Origin: a virus | Taxonomy: Duplodnaviria; Caudoviricetes | IMG/VR virus record: IMGVR_UViG_3300020043_000238 | Location: 1-36,147 of that record | DNA: 36,147 nucleotides | Direction: 5' to 3' (one strand) | Shown: in pieces, positions 34,717 through 36,147 of the stretch | Layout of the letters: the number at the start of each line of letters is the position of its first letter | Position numbering within the stretch: position 1 is the stretch's first letter | Notes under the pieces: generated by a model | Database searches by the model: none | What the model was told of the DNA's origin: nothing | The model's input: only the letters and a program-made list of their open reading frames with translations | Made by a program: the position numbers and the translations under genes

Positions 34717-36129
34717 TTATTTTTTTCCAATGTTTAATTTCCGAGTTTGATTGCCCCCGCCACCGCCTGTGTCTTGTGGGCTTGAACCGGGAATGGGTTC
34801 TGCCTTATCGGATTTGTTTGCCAATTCATCAGCGCCTTCAATGTGACCCATGCCCAGATATTCTCGCGCTTCATTGGGTGTCATGATGCCACCAGACACA
34901 CCAGCATTGGCAAAATTCATCTGGTCAAGCGGTGCGCCTTTCAGGAAATTGCGTGTGTCAAATTCTACGTACAAATTGGGATAACCAGCAAACAAATGCT
35001 GTTTCAGCTTCTGCTGTACGTTGACCAACAACGGGTACATGGTGGATTTGTAGAACTCATCCAACATTGTTTGGGTGTTGTTGTACTTTTGATCCGACAA
35101 ACCAACCATTGCTGGCGGTACGCCAAATACGCCGCAAATCCGCTTCATGGTTTGCAATTTCAATGCCGCAGCATCCGCATCTTGCAAGTTAAGCATCTGG
35201 ATTGGCTCATAGGTCATGCCCTGATCCAGCAACATACCTTGACCCGCTTTGGATTGGTCGGAATCTTTAGAACCCGTCATTTGGTTCCATGCTTCCTTCA
35301 ATCGGCTGGCGATTTCCTTATATTTGCCATCAGGAATCACTGCCGCTGTCTTAAACAGGCCAGAAGGCTTTGCGCCGTTCTGCATGATGTAATTGGCGTA
35401 CAGGTCAATGTCTTGGTCAAGGCCGACCAACTCAGAAGCCAAAATGCCTTTGTTGAAACCAGCCGAACCTTGCCATGCTTGATCTTTCACGTGCATGATT
35501 TGGTAATAAGGCATTGTGTTGCCATTAGCAAACCCAAAATAATCGTTCTGGCCCATTGGGGTGCTGATGCGATAGGTCGGGTAACGTGTGGGCGTAACAG
35601 TCGCAGCAATCAACGTGCTGTCCATCACATACATCTCAAGCGGTGTCTGTGTGCTGTTGTCCTGATCTTTGCGCCACCACAAGGTAAACGCCTCACCCGA
35701 CAATTCGTGCCACATCAACCACTGATACCAAAATTCATATTGGCTTTGGAAGTTGTTTGGGTTTGCCAACAGGCTGGTGACTTGTTTTGCCTTGGCCTTG
35801 TCGCGGGGTCCAACAGAATCAGATCGCAGGGCATCAACAAACGTGCCGTTGTCATCTTGGTAGACAACCTTAATAGGCAATTGACCTAGCGCACGGGCCT
35901 TCACACCCACACACGACATGATGGTGCTGTTGCGCGACAGAACCGACATATCCACGGGCCGACCAGCGTTTGTTGTGCTGGCAGTCGTGACATACAGCAC
36001 TTGTTGCGCTGTGCTTGTGCCTTTTTGACCCGCCGCCCACAAGACGTTGTTGCCAAGGGCCGTTTGGCCGAACAATGTATTGCTCTCAGACTGGCCGTTT
36101 TTGCGCTTAAAAATGTCAAGAATTGCCAT
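34717..36129 (-). CDS. Portal protein (HK97 family)
   Basis: LLANPNNFQS..GEAF..NGAKPSG..ICGVFGVPPAMVG..GIMTPNEARE. Confidence 0.95.
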   Translation of the reverse strand: MAILDIFKRKNGQSESNTLFGQTALGNNVLWAAGQKGTSTAQQVLYVTTASTTNAGRPVDMSVLSRNSTIMSCVGVKARALGQLPIKVVYQDDNGTFVDALRSDSVGPRDKAKAKQVTSLLANPNNFQSQYEFWYQWLMWHELSGEAFTLWWRKDQDNSTQTPLEMYVMDSTLIAATVTPTRYPTYRISTPMGQNDYFGFANGNTMPYYQIMHVKDQAWQGSAGFNKGILASELVGLDQDIDLYANYIMQNGAKPSGLFKTAAVIPDGKYKEIASRLKEAWNQMTGSKDSDQSKAGQGMLLDQGMTYEPIQMLNLQDADAAALKLQTMKRICGVFGVPPAMVGLSDQKYNNTQTMLDEFYKSTMYPLLVNVQQKLKQHLFAGYPNLYVEFDTRNFLKGAPLDQMNFANAGVSGGIMTPNEAREYLGMGHIEGADELANKSDKAEPIPGSSPQDTGGGGGNQTRKLNIGKK

Positions 36130-36147
36130 GATTTCCCCTCAATTTCC

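Noticed and set aside
34843-35889. 348-aa plus-strand ORF (also 33834..34550, 32602..33159, 22477..23160)
   Set aside because: Antisense shadows of well-supported structural genes, with no recognisable motifs
1-36147. tRNA, rRNA or terminase genes
   Set aside because: None recognised by eye; terminase probably lies outside the window; tRNAscan was not run

Overview
Near-complete genome of a small long-tailed (siphovirus-like, HK97-type head) phage; no terminase is present and it probably lies beyond the window edge. The right two-thirds (12556-36129, minus strand) holds portal, prohead protease, two tandem HK97-fold capsid paralogues, neck/tail genes with a -1 frameshifted chaperone, tape measure, tail tip, a GNAT gene, a collagen-like fibre ending in a 7-repeat propeller, a GT2-TPR glycosyltransferase and a six-gene lysis region. 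The left third holds two divergent early arms around a cro-like gene: leftward are an HNH, a replication initiator, a two-frame C5 methyltransferase, nucleases and NinB; rightward are ERF, YqaJ, an SSB-like gene, MazG and DUF3310. No integrase or CI was seen. The most anomalous element is a ~1.1 kb foreign-looking segment (~10677-11803) with an intact IetA-like AAA+ ATPase plus only the first ~22 codons of what looks like its S8-protease partner, fused into a truncated phage gene. Other notable items are two RNA polymerase alpha-CTD-like proteins, a T4-holin-like protein, a shared operator/-10 motif, a pseudoknotted leader, phased iteron-like motifs, a duplicated mini Zn-finger gene and a 279-bp terminal fold-back that is probably an artefact. 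All family calls are by motif recognition only; no searches were run.
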